The translations under genes and the position numbers were made by a program. This document shows positions 1 through 10,500 of a stretch of DNA of 64,000 nt, one piece after another. The notes beneath the pieces are model-generated. The model ran no database searches, was not told the origin of the DNA, and saw only the letters and a program-made list of their open reading frames with translations. The stretch spans positions 408 through 64,407 of the forward strand of contig JAOTXX010000013.1 in NCBI GenBank assembly GCA_029862185.1, written 5' to 3'. Source of the stretch: Myxococcales bacterium (GTDB taxonomy: Bacteria; Myxococcota_A; Polyangia; Polyangiales; Houyiibacteriaceae). How positions within the stretch are numbered: position 1 is the first letter of the stretch; each line of letters begins with the position of its first letter.

Positions 1-1106
1 ATCGGGAGATGGGCAGAGGAGCACGCAAGCTACGAATCGCGGTCGAGGTCTCCGTACCGGAGCGGTACTTCGAGCGGCTGCAAGAAGCTGGCGAGGTTGC
101 CGATGTATACTCGCGCCTACAACAGCAAGGCGCTTCCGTTTCGGACGTATACGCTTGGGTTTTTGGGGTTCTGGCGTTCTTCGTCATCCTCGTTGCGTTC
201 TTGATCGGTGCAATCGTGTCGCGTCGCGTAACTCGCCGTGTCACCGACTTGGCCGAAGCCTCTCGAAAGGTCGGCGCTGGTGATCTCACCGTTGCCCTAC
301 CAACCGGTGCCAGGGATGAGGTCGCCGAGCTCACGAAGGCTTTCAACGAGATGGTTCGCGACCTGCGCGATTCCCGCACGCGCATCGAGTACCTGCAGCG
401 TATCGGCGCCTGGCAGGATTTTGCTCGCCGTCTCGCCCACGAGATCAAGAATCCGCTCACGCCCATCCAACTTGCCGCTCAGGAGATGGCCGAAACTTAC
501 GCCGGCGAAGACGCGGTCTTTCAGAAGAAGCTGCATCAGGCGCGGGCGATCATCGAAGAGGAGGTCGCCACACTCCGCCGGCTCGTCGGCGAATTCAGCG
601 CTTTTGCCAAGCTTCCGAGGGCCGATCTATCCCCGTCCGATCTGTGCGACCTCATCCACGGTATCCGGGTTTCAATTCCAGCAATCCTCGAGGATCTGGG
701 CCATGGGGCTGCGGCGCCGGTCGAAGTGGGGCTGAGTTGTGCAACGGAACCCATCCGAGTGCGTATGGACCCCATGATGCTCAAGCGCGGGGTCGACAAC
801 ATCTTGCGGAATGCAATTCAGGCGGTCTACGAAGCCCATCCAACGGGCGGCGGCCGTGTATTCGTCCACGCTTACCAAAGCGGAGGGTCTGGATTCGTCG
901 AGATTCGCGACAACGGTCCCGGAATCGACGAGGAGAACTGGGAGCGTGTTTTTGATCCGTATTACACGACCAAGACCGAGGGCACGGGTCTTGGCCTAGC
1001 GATCGTAAAGAAAGTGGTGTTGGAGCACGGTGGCGAAGTGCGTCTCGACCGAGCGCCCGAAGGGGGAGCGCGGTTCAGCATCGAGCTTCCGCTCATGGAG
1101 ACATGA
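1..1106 (+). CDS. Sensor histidine kinase (TM-HAMP-HisKA-HATPase_c), 5' end cut by window edge
   Basis: The frame of ORF 9..1106 is open back to base 3, so the gene probably starts upstream of the window. It has a TM helix (VFGVLAFFVILVAFLIGAIV) and a HAMP-like linker. Kinase motifs are present: H-box HEIKNPLTPIQ, N-box NILRNAIQAV, and G-boxes DNGPGI and GTGLGLAIV. Confidence 0.9.
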   Translation, partial: REMGRGARKLRIAVEVSVPERYFERLQEAGEVADVYSRLQQQGASVSDVYAWVFGVLAFFVILVAFLIGAIVSRRVTRRVTDLAEASRKVGAGDLTVALPTGARDEVAELTKAFNEMVRDLRDSRTRIEYLQRIGAWQDFARRLAHEIKNPLTPIQLAAQEMAETYAGEDAVFQKKLHQARAIIEEEVATLRRLVGEFSAFAKLPRADLSPSDLCDLIHGIRVSIPAILEDLGHGAAAPVEVGLSCATEPIRVRMDPMMLKRGVDNILRNAIQAVYEAHPTGGGRVFVHAYQSGGSGFVEIRDNGPGIDEENWERVFDPYYTTKTEGTGLGLAIVKKVVLEHGGEVRLDRAPEGGARFSIELPLMET

Positions 1107-1651
1107 TGGATGACTTGCACAAGCCCGCGGCGCGACGGTGGATTCACTGGCTCGTGACCGCGATGGTCTTCGTCGCTCTCTATGCTTGGATGACTCGCGG
1201 CAATGCGTCCCCACTGATCGGGGAGCAAGCGCCTGACTTGAGCATGGCAGTGGCCGCCGGGGCCGAGCCGAACAGCCCTCGCAAGGTGACACTCTCCGAA
1301 ATGTCCGGCGGAGTCGTGGTTCTCGACTTTTGGGCCAGCTGGTGCGGTGCTTGCAAACGAACGACGCCGATTCTCAACGACCTTCGTGCAGAGTTCGCCG
1401 AGCGCGGCGTCGCGTTCTACGCGGTCAATGTCGAGCCGTTCGACCGCCAGAGCCTCCAGGCTGCCCATGCAGCGTTCGGGACCGAGTTCCCGAGCCTGCA
1501 CGACCGCAGCGGCGCGGTTCAAAAGCGATACGCCATCAGGATGCTTCCCACCGTGATCGTGGTGGGCCGCAATGGCACCGTGCGCTGGGCTTCCACCGGC
1601 GTTCCGAGCAAGATGCGGCTGCGCGGAGCGATTTCAGATGCTCTCAACTAG
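1103..1651 (+). CDS. Membrane-anchored TlpA/ResA-like thiol:disulfide oxidoreductase (thioredoxin fold)
   Basis: N-terminal TM helix WLVTAMVFVALYAW followed by a redoxin core with the CxxC site WASWCGACK. Its start overlaps the kinase gene stop as ATGA (1103..1106). Confidence 0.85.
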   Translation: MMDDLHKPAARRWIHWLVTAMVFVALYAWMTRGNASPLIGEQAPDLSMAVAAGAEPNSPRKVTLSEMSGGVVVLDFWASWCGACKRTTPILNDLRAEFAERGVAFYAVNVEPFDRQSLQAAHAAFGTEFPSLHDRSGAVQKRYAIRMLPTVIVVGRNGTVRWASTGVPSKMRLRGAISDALN

Positions 1652-1749
1652 CCGAATTCGGTCATGGTTGACGACCTGGGGCCCCGCTGATAGCTTCGCC
1701 GGCCGCACGGAGCCTACCTTGTAGGCTGCCCGCGAGTGGAGGGAATTCC

Positions 1750-2505
1750 TTGGTTCAAGCGCTTCAAGGTCCGAGCTTAGAAGAGCGAGTCGCCCAGCTT
1801 CAAGAGTTGCTCGATTCTGCCAACGCGCAGGTGCGGCAAGAGTATCAAGAGCGCTTCGACATCGCCTGGATCTACCACGACAGCGCGCTCGAAGGCGTCG
1901 TCTACTCCATGGACGAGCTCAGAGCGGCAATCTACGACGAGGCCATCACAGACCCAGCACTCATCCCCGTCTATGACGAGGTCCGAAACCACATGGGCGC
2001 GATCGAGATGATTCGCGAGATGTCCTCCCGCCGCCGCTTCACGGTGAACCTCGACGTCATCAAAAAGCTTTACGCTCAGCTGGCGCCCGAGGAGCTCGAG
2101 GGGAAGGGGCCGCCGAAGTACCGCAAGGACATGCCGCTTCATCGGCTCTACTTCCATGAGATCTCGCAGCCGGACAAGATCAGCTACCGTATGCGGCAAC
2201 TCGTTCAATGGCTTTCGGATCCGGACACCAAGAAGACGATGCACCCGGTTCGCATGGCCAGTAAGGCGCACTACCAGCTGCTTCACATTTATCCATTCCC
2301 GCGACATAGCGGCAAGGTCGCGCGACTCGTGATGAACCTGATTTTGATGCGAGGGGGTTTTCCCCCGGTCGTGATTCATGCAACCGAGCGGCAGCGATAC
2401 TACGAGGCCCTTCGCAGCGGTGAAGACGCGACCGCGACCCTGGTGAATCAGGCGCTCGGCGCGGCGATCGAAACTGCGATTCAGTATTTCGAAGAAATGA
2501 AGTGA
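1750..2505 (+). CDS. Fic-domain protein with degenerate active-site motif
   Basis: AHYQLLHIYPFPRHSGKVARLVMNLILMRGGFPPVVI aligns with the Fic core HxFx(D/E)GNGRxxR. Tyr replaces the catalytic His, and R-H-S replaces (D/E)-G-N. An N-terminal DSALEG resembles the inhibitory-helix motif. The start codon is TTG, as given in the ORF track. Confidence 0.75.
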   Translation: MVQALQGPSLEERVAQLQELLDSANAQVRQEYQERFDIAWIYHDSALEGVVYSMDELRAAIYDEAITDPALIPVYDEVRNHMGAIEMIREMSSRRRFTVNLDVIKKLYAQLAPEELEGKGPPKYRKDMPLHRLYFHEISQPDKISYRMRQLVQWLSDPDTKKTMHPVRMASKAHYQLLHIYPFPRHSGKVARLVMNLILMRGGFPPVVIHATERQRYYEALRSGEDATATLVNQALGAAIETAIQYFEEMK

Positions 2506-2509
2506 CCCG

Positions 2510-3077
2510 CTATCGCGCGTCGTCGAGAAAGCGCGAAAGGGCCGAAATCACCGCGAGATAACGCGCACCGGCTTGCAGCGTTTCCGCCGCGTTTTCCGGG
2601 GAAATTCCACCGATGGCGACCACCGGCCGAGACACGGACTCGCAGACCTTCGTGAGCTTTCCCAGGCCAACGATGGGCTCCGGGTTCTCCTTGGTTTTGG
2701 TTGGGTAGACCGGCCCGAATGCGATGAGATCTGCGCCCTCGGCCTCTGCCGTGATGGCCTGTTCGAGGCTGTGGGTCGAAACTCCGATTTGCATGTCGCC
2801 GACGACTTTCCGGGCATCGTCGATCGAGAGGTCGTCTTGCCCGAGATGCAGACCGTCCGCCTCGACCATGTGTGCGATGTCAGCGCGGTCGTTGATGACG
2901 AAAGGAACCCCGGCGTGCCCACACGCGGAACGGACCCGTGTTGCGATCTTGAGAAACGAGAGGTCATCGAGGCGCTTGGCGCGAAGCTGCACGATGGCGC
3001 AGTTCGCGTTCAACGCCTTGAAGGCCAGCTCGAGCGGGCGTTCTGCGTACTCTGCATCCACGATCGCGTAAAGCGAA

Positions 3078-3085
<8 letters not shown>
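2510..3085 (-). CDS. thiE: Thiamine-phosphate synthase
   Basis: 191 aa with ThiE/TMP-TENI motifs LHLGQDD, IGVSTHS, GPVYPTKTK and VVAIGGI. The TTG start overlaps the aguB stop by 8 nt. Confidence 0.9.
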
Positions 3086-3937
<852 letters not shown>

Positions 3938-3941
<4 letters not shown>

Positions 3942-4936
3942 GACGTGCTGGGTTGGGCTTGTGTGACGCAGTGAAACGCTCCGCCTCCCCATAGCAGATC
4001 TGTGGCGGGCAGGCCGACCACCTCCCGGCCCGGAAAGGCATCGGCGATCGCTCCGAGCGCGGCATCGTCTTCGGCGACGCCGTAAGTCGGAACGATCACG
4101 GCGGAGTTGGCGATGTAGAAGTTGCAGTAGCTAACGGGCAGCGGCGCGCCGTTGGGAGCCCGGAGCGCCGGCGGCGCGGGGACGCCCAGCACCTTCAGGC
4201 CGGCGGCGCGCAGCTTCTGTTCGATCGAATGAAGCAACTCGGCATTCGGCGCGCTTGGGTTCGACTTCATGCAGATGACGGTGTCGAGCGCGGCGAATCT
4301 AGCGATCATGTCGATATGACCGTCCGTGTGGTCGTGTTCCAAGCCCTCGTCGAGCCAAATCAACCGCTCCATGAACACCCGGTCCGCCAACGCATTTTCA
4401 AAAGCTCCGCGCGTCAAGCCCGGGTTTCGGTTGGGGTTCAACGCGCATGAGACTGTGGTCAGAAACGTCCCTTGGCCGTTCGTGTCGAGGGCGCCTCCCT
4501 CGAGGACGACTGGACACTCGAAGCGCCGGGCTCGCAGCCGCTCGGTCAACCAGCCGCTGACGCGTCCATCGAAAGGCATTTCGTACTTACCGCCCCAGCC
4601 GTTGAACTCGAAGCAGAGAGCACCCAGCTCGCCATTGTCCCGGTGCCCGATTAGCGGCGCCGTGTCGCGAAGCCAGCAATCGCCGTAGTCGGTGGTTACG
4701 TAGCGAACGTTGCGAACGTCGCCGATCAAAGACCGTGCGCGCGCTTCTATTTCTCCGTTTGTCACGAGCAGGCGTACAGTCTCGTCTCCTCGGTCTGCGA
4801 TTGCGCGGCACAAGGCCGCGATCGACGCCTGTGCTGCGCCAAGATTGAACGGCCATTCGTCCTGCAGATAGGGAAAGGCAAGCCAGCAGGCGGAATGCGG
4901 CTCCCACTCAGCCGGAAGCCGAAGTCGTTCCTTCAC
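3938..4936 (-). CDS. aguA: Agmatine deiminase
   Basis: N-terminus MKERLRLPAEWEPH, WLRDTAP, and the C-terminal catalytic-Cys motif GGGAFHCVTQ are typical of agmatine deiminases. It sits next to aguB. Confidence 0.9.
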
Positions 4937-4945
4937 CCTCGAAAC

Positions 4946-5947
4946 CTACCACGCGAACACGCGTGCCTCACCGAAGCGCGCGACCATGGCGTCCACATGT
5001 TCGAGGACCGCGCGACGGCGCTGTTCGAGGCCGTCTAGTTGCTTCTCATTCAGGACGGGAGCGAGCGGATCTTCACGCAATTTGGAAGAAAATCGCTCGA
5101 TATCCAGCGCTCGCACCGCGTCGATCGTCGACCGTCGGAAGCGCTGGAGAGCCTTCAAGCGAGCCTCCATCAAGCCAAGACGCTGCTCTCCGAGCCAGAA
5201 CCCAGCACCGTTGTCCAGGTAGATCAACGGCCCGCCCTTTCCCCGAGATCTCAGATTGGTGAAGTCACCACCCCAGCGGTCCACGTTTTGGGTGAGGTAG
5301 TCGAACACGATCAGATCGGAGAGCTCCGCCGGCCGCACCTCGATGTCCGGAGCCTGCGCGATCGGCCGGCTCGGGTCCGTCGCCTCCCGAATCCCAGGGC
5401 GGCGATTCAGGTCCGCGCGATAGTCTACGGGCCGTTGGTACGGCGTGATGGGAAGCGACTTCTGGACTCGTACCCAGCGTTCCCAGTTGCGGCCCATGCG
5501 GACTCGCTCGAGGGGCTCGGGGATCCACCAAACGAATGCGCCCTTGAGCGTGCCGTCCTCTTCAATACCAAGCTCGCTCACCCTCGAGTCCGTCCCTGCA
5601 GCGGCTCGAAGCTCGCTCCAGCGAAACCTGCGACCGGTCGTAGGGGGCACACGGCCCATGCCGAGCTCGCGATCCAAGTAGTAGGCAGCGATCTCGGAGT
5701 ACCAGTGTGCGGCCGAAAAGGTTTGCTTGGGCTTGAAGTAGCCTCGTGTGCCGTCGGTCAGCGTGACCTTGAACGCCAGGCTGCGACCGCCTTTGCCTTT
5801 CTTCACGTCGGTAACTTCAGCGGTCCGCAGGGCCTCAGTTCGCCGGGCGTCGGGATGTCCGAGGAAGGCAGCTCCGGCGTCCGCTGCGGCTCCCGGCGAC
5901 GGCGAAAGGAGCGCTACGAAGACGAGAATGGGGGCTAGCCGCACCAC
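4946..5947 (-). CDS. Secreted Fam20/four-jointed-like protein kinase homologue (signal peptide plus Fam20-type kinase core)
   Basis: Only the 3' two-thirds of ORF 4946..6430 looks coding; the upstream part overlaps the OCD gene and is Arg/Pro/Gly-rich. A GTG at 5947 (or 5944) gives the signal peptide VRLAPILVFVALLSPSPGAAADA. The motifs GYFKPKQ, EIAAYYLDRELGMGRVPPTTGR, VFDYLTQNVDRWGG and IYLDNGAGF are collinear with the FAM20C kinase core as I recall it. Confidence 0.7.
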   Translation of the reverse strand: MVRLAPILVFVALLSPSPGAAADAGAAFLGHPDARRTEALRTAEVTDVKKGKGGRSLAFKVTLTDGTRGYFKPKQTFSAAHWYSEIAAYYLDRELGMGRVPPTTGRRFRWSELRAAAGTDSRVSELGIEEDGTLKGAFVWWIPEPLERVRMGRNWERWVRVQKSLPITPYQRPVDYRADLNRRPGIREATDPSRPIAQAPDIEVRPAELSDLIVFDYLTQNVDRWGGDFTNLRSRGKGGPLIYLDNGAGFWLGEQRLGLMEARLKALQRFRRSTIDAVRALDIERFSSKLREDPLAPVLNEKQLDGLEQRRRAVLEHVDAMVARFGEARVFAW

Positions 5948-6018
5948 CCGCCGAAGCCTACTGCCGACCGTCGCAAACCGACATTTTTCGGTCGGAATTT
6001 GCCCGGCGACCCCGTCAG

Positions 6019-6996
6019 CTAATCGATCGATGGGGCGTCGAGGCCGAGGAGGTCGACCTCCTGGCCGATCGATTGACCCTGGGCAGCGTCGTAGATCGCG
6101 CGCGCGAGCGAAACGTCTTGGATGGCGAGGCCCGTGGAGTCGAACACGGTCGTCGTCGAGACGTCCGGCTTCGGCAACAGGCCCGCAACGACTTCGCCCA
6201 ACGTCCCCGCCAGTTGGCTGGCCGCGATGTCTCCGGCCGCGAGGGGGACGTTGATCTCCCCGCTCCCCGTCGCCTGATGGATGTCGTCGATGTAGACGGC
6301 CGAGCTCTGCAGCAGCTCGGTGGCGAGCTCCTGCTTGCCCGGCGCATCGGCACCCATGGCATTGATGTGGGCGCCGCGATGGATCCACTCCGCGTGCACG
6401 AAGGGCGTTCGTGACGGCGTCGCCGTGCATACGATGTCGGCACCAGCCGCTTCTTCCAATGTGACCACACGCGCGCCAACCCGATCGGCGAAGGCGGCTG
6501 CGGTCGCTTCATTGCGGTCGTACGCGAGACTTTCGAAGCCGTCGAAAACCACCTGGTGCGTGCCATGCAGGGTAGAAGCCTGCACTCCACAGCCGATGAA
6601 TCCGATCGTCTTCGGATTCTGCTGCGCGAGGTACTTGGATGCGACTGCGCCTGCGGCACCCGTGCGCAGCGCGGTGAGCAAGGTGCCGTCCATGATCGCG
6701 AGTGGAAACGCGTTTGCCGGATCGTTGAGCACGTAAACAGCCATGACGGTTGGCAGCCCGAATCGCTTGCGATTCTGGGCGTGCACATTCACCCACTTGA
6801 TGCCCGCAGAGTCGCCGAGGCGTGATGGCATCGCTCGGAAGTCGCCGTCGTGATCCGCGATCGGCAAATAGATTTTGGGGGGCATGGTCGCCTCGCCGCG
6901 CCCGATGGCGGCGAATGCGCGCTCCACGGCAGAGACCGCAACCTCCATCGTTGCAAGTCGTTCAACCTCGGGTCTCGTCAGCACCAGCGTTTTCAT
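6019..6996 (-). CDS. Ornithine cyclodeaminase / mu-crystallin family enzyme (possibly archaeal-type alanine dehydrogenase)
   Basis: 325 aa with the Rossmann motif IGFIGCGVQA and the overall OCD/mu-crystallin pattern (MPSRLG..GIKWV, INAMGAD.PGKQEL). Confidence 0.85.
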   Translation of the reverse strand: MKTLVLTRPEVERLATMEVAVSAVERAFAAIGRGEATMPPKIYLPIADHDGDFRAMPSRLGDSAGIKWVNVHAQNRKRFGLPTVMAVYVLNDPANAFPLAIMDGTLLTALRTGAAGAVASKYLAQQNPKTIGFIGCGVQASTLHGTHQVVFDGFESLAYDRNEATAAAFADRVGARVVTLEEAAGADIVCTATPSRTPFVHAEWIHRGAHINAMGADAPGKQELATELLQSSAVYIDDIHQATGSGEINVPLAAGDIAASQLAGTLGEVVAGLLPKPDVSTTTVFDSTGLAIQDVSLARAIYDAAQGQSIGQEVDLLGLDAPSID

Positions 6997-7074
6997 CAGC
7001 TCAGCCTCCCCGTAAACCCTTTTCGCCGCACGACGCCTTGGGTATAGTGCGCCCCGTTCACTTTAACTAGGAGA

Positions 7075-7497
7075 ATGACGATGTCCCCCTCTGCACTTGC
7101 GCTCGTCGGCTATGTCGCTTGGACGATCTTGTTGGCTGCGACGATCGTTTTCTATCGCACCTTGCTCGTGGTCAAAGAGAAACGCGCTGCAAACGACTTT
7201 CTCCCGAGTGGTGAAGACGTCTCTCCGTTCTCCAACCGGCTTTGCCGCGCGCAGGCCAATTGCTACGAGAATCTGCCAGCATTCGCGGCGCTCATTCTTC
7301 TCGCGCTGGTGACCGACAACGCAGGCATCACCGATTCGCTCGCGCGTTGGGTGCTCGTCGCGCGCGTGGCTCAGTCGACCGTGCATCTGATTTCGACGAG
7401 CGAAATGGCCGTTTCTCTTCGCGCCGTTCTTCTCCTCGTCCAACTGGGAATCGAGGCCTACTGGGTCGTTCAACTCGGCCTGCTGGGCTTTGGTTAG
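7075..7497 (+). CDS. MAPEG-family membrane protein (glutathione S-transferase-like)
   Basis: 140 aa with about 4 TM helices. The conserved loop RAQANCYENLPAFAALIL is typical of MAPEG proteins. Confidence 0.7.
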   Translation: MTMSPSALALVGYVAWTILLAATIVFYRTLLVVKEKRAANDFLPSGEDVSPFSNRLCRAQANCYENLPAFAALILLALVTDNAGITDSLARWVLVARVAQSTVHLISTSEMAVSLRAVLLLVQLGIEAYWVVQLGLLGFG

Positions 7498-7505
7498 CCG
7501 AAGGA

Positions 7506-10500
7506 TTAGTGGAAGTCTCGGGAGCGGTGGGTTTGCTCCGCGAGTGAAACATCCGGCGCCCATAAAGACTTCGCGATCAGGTGAATGACGCCGTCGGCCC
7601 TTTGAATCTCTCCGGTCACGCCGAGCAGGGCAGCGGTTTTGGCGAGCGCAGCATGGCGGTCAAAGACCTGCTTCCAGACGACCACATTGACGAAGCCGGT
7701 TTCGTCTTCGAGCGTGAAGAAGGTAACTCCGGACGCCGTGCCCGGACGCTGGCGGCAGATCACCATGCCGACATACTCGAGCTCATCCCCGTGTCCGCAG
7801 CCATGAATTCGGCTTGCTTCGGGGATGCCTCGTGAACGAAGCGCGTCGCGAAGCCCTCGCATGGGATGGCCGCGCGTGCTGTGATGACTCGAACGGTAGT
7901 CCCAGATCACCTCGTCCTCGCTTGCCAAGGAGGCAAATGAAATCTGACTCGACGCCGGCTCGAGCGGCAAGGAATCCTGCGCGAAACGCGAGAGGCTCCG
8001 CACCTGCCAAATCGCGTTGCGCCGGTTGAGCCCGAAGCACTCGAAGGCGCCTGCTTCGGCCAGCGCGTGCAGAGCCTTCTTATTGAGCCCGGTCTGCCGA
8101 ACGAAGGTCGCGAGGTTTGGCAGTGGCCGCTTCGTCGCCTCGACCCGGTCGCGCTCGAGTACTCCGAGCCCCTTCACGTATCGCAGCCCCATCCGTACCC
8201 CGTAAAGACGACGCTTTGCGGCGTCCACGGGGCTTTGCTCCTTCTCGTTTTCTATCGGGAATAGGGTGCAATCCCATTGGCTTTTGTTGATGTCGATCGG
8301 GTGAACCTCGACGCCGTGCCGCTTGGCGTCTTCGACCAGGGTCGCCGGGCTGTAGAAGCCCATCGGCTGGGCATTGAGGATCGCGCAGGTGAAAGCTTCG
8401 TGGTGATGACGCCGCAGCCAGGCGGTGACGTAGGCGAGCAAGGCAAACGACGCGGCATGGCTTTCGGGAAAGCCATACTCGCCAAAGCCGCGAATCTGCG
8501 AGAACACGCGCTCCGCAAACTCCTCGGGAATGCCTTCTTCGAGCATCCGTGGGACCATGCGTGCTCGATGCTTCTCGATTCGACCGGACTTGCGCCATGC
8601 GGCCATGTCACGGCGCAGCTGATCGGCTTCGCCCGCCGTATAACCTGCCGCATCGACGGCCAGCTTCATCACTTGCTCTTGAAAGATCGGAACGCCAAGG
8701 GTCTTCTTCAAAATGCGCTCCAACTTCGGGTGCGGATAGTCGACTTCTTCTTCGCCTTTCCGCCGACGCAAGTACGGATGCACCATGTCACCTTGGATGG
8801 GACCAGGGCGCACGAGCGCGACTTCGATCACCAAGTCGTAGAAGGTACGTGGTTGAAGCCGTGGCAACATCGCCATCTGCGCGCGGCTTTCGATTTGGAA
8901 GACGCCGACCGTGTCGCCTTTGGACACCATTTCGTATGTAGCTTTGTCTTCGGCAGGGACGGTTGCGATCTCGAGGTCTTGACCCTTGTGCTCGCGCAGC
9001 AGATCAAACGCACGGTGAATGCAGCTGAGCGCACCGAGGCCCAAGAGATCGACCTTAAACAGGGCCAGATTGTCGACGTCGTACTTGTCCCACTGGATGA
9101 CGGTGCGGGCCTCCATGCTGGCCGGCTCGATCGGGACGATCTCGTCGACCGGCCGGTGTCCGAGCAAGAAACCACCTGGGTGAATCGACAAATGCCGTGG
9201 AAAATCGAGCACTTGAGTTGCCAATGACCAGAGCTGCTGAGTGGCCGGCGCGTCCTTATCGAGGCCAGCTTCACGCAGGAGCTCAGTGTTGAAGGTGTCG
9301 TCGCGATGCCTCAGCAGTCGTGTCGCGGTTTCCAGATCCGTTCGGGCCAAGCCGAGCACCTTGCCGACATCACGGACCGCCGAACGAATCCGATAGCGAA
9401 TGATGTTTGCCACCATTGCTGCGCGGCGGCGTCCGTACTTTTCGTAAACGTGTTGAATGACTTCTTCACGGCGCTCGTGCTCGATGTCGAGATCGATGTC
9501 TGGAGGCTCAGCTCGCTCAACGCTCAAAAAACGTTCGAACAACAAATCCATGCGCACAGGATCGATTGCCGTGATGCCCAGACAAAAGCACACGGCGCTA
9601 TTGGCAGCACTGCCGCGTCCTTGGCACAAAATGTTTCGCTGACGGCAGTATTGGACGATCTCGTACATCGTGAGGAAGTAACCGCCATAGTCCAGCTTGC
9701 GAATGATTTGAAGCTCGCGCTCGATTTGTGCGCGAACGTCGGAAGGCAACTTGCCTTGATAGCGTTTGCGCGCGCCACGAAACGTGAGATCGCGTAGCCA
9801 GCCCTGTTCACTGTGCCCTGAAGGCAGATTCTCTTCGGGGTATCGATAACGAAGGTCATCGAGACTGAACGTGCACTGCTCGGCGATCTCGACCGTACGA
9901 CGAATACATGCCGGGTCGTCCGCAAAGAGACGTTCGAGCTCCTGAGCGGGTTTGAGGTCGTGCTCTGCGTTTGCGTAGATCGTGTGCCCGGCCTCGGAAA
10001 GCACTTTTCCCTCTCGAATACAGGCTAAAATGTCTTGCAGAGGGCGCCGTAGCTTGTCGTGATAGAGGACTTCGTTGACGCCTACCGTCTGCACGGAGAG
10101 CTCTTTTGCGACGGAGCGCATGGCTTTCTCTTTCGGCTTCTCGTGGTCGCTCAGATGACGTGCACAAAGAGCAAACACCGACGAAGGGCCATGACTCGCA
10201 TGTAAGGCACGCAAGGCTTCGGGGCTTGCAGCAAGAAAAAACAAATCGTGAAGTGGAGCGAGCTCTTCGCCGTGAATGAGAGAAGTGCCTTTCTCACAGC
10301 GGGCATGCCCGAGTGACAAGACTCTACAGAGATCAGCGTAGCCGCGTCGCGTCTTGGCGAGCGCCACGACATGCTGTGCATGCCCTTCGATCTCGACCAT
10401 GAGTTGGGCTCCAGTCACGATGCGAACTCCGAGCTCTTTGGCTCGCATCTGCGCGCGGACCAGGCCGTACACTCCGTCGCGGTCGGTGACTGCAACTGCG

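Noticed and set aside
1653-1662. Short palindrome CCGAATTCGG after the tlpA-like stop, and a weak hairpin CCGAC-N8-GTCGG (about 5970..5990) between the OCD and Fam20-like genes.
   Set aside because: The stems are only 4-5 bp with no convincing T tract. They are indistinguishable from chance in GC-rich DNA.
5948-6430. N-terminal extensions of track ORFs. This one belongs to the Fam20-like gene. Others are 12087..12791 (imuB), 12716..12820 (imuA), 18243..18686 (dppC-like), 36861..37283 (CPA fusion), 56972..57457 (regA), 54712..54942 (mbnP-like) and 53841..53930 (mbnH-like).
   Set aside because: The extensions overlap the upstream gene and are compositionally junk. Internal ATG or GTG starts give proper signal peptides or family-typical N-termini, and often give 1-4 nt start/stop overlaps.
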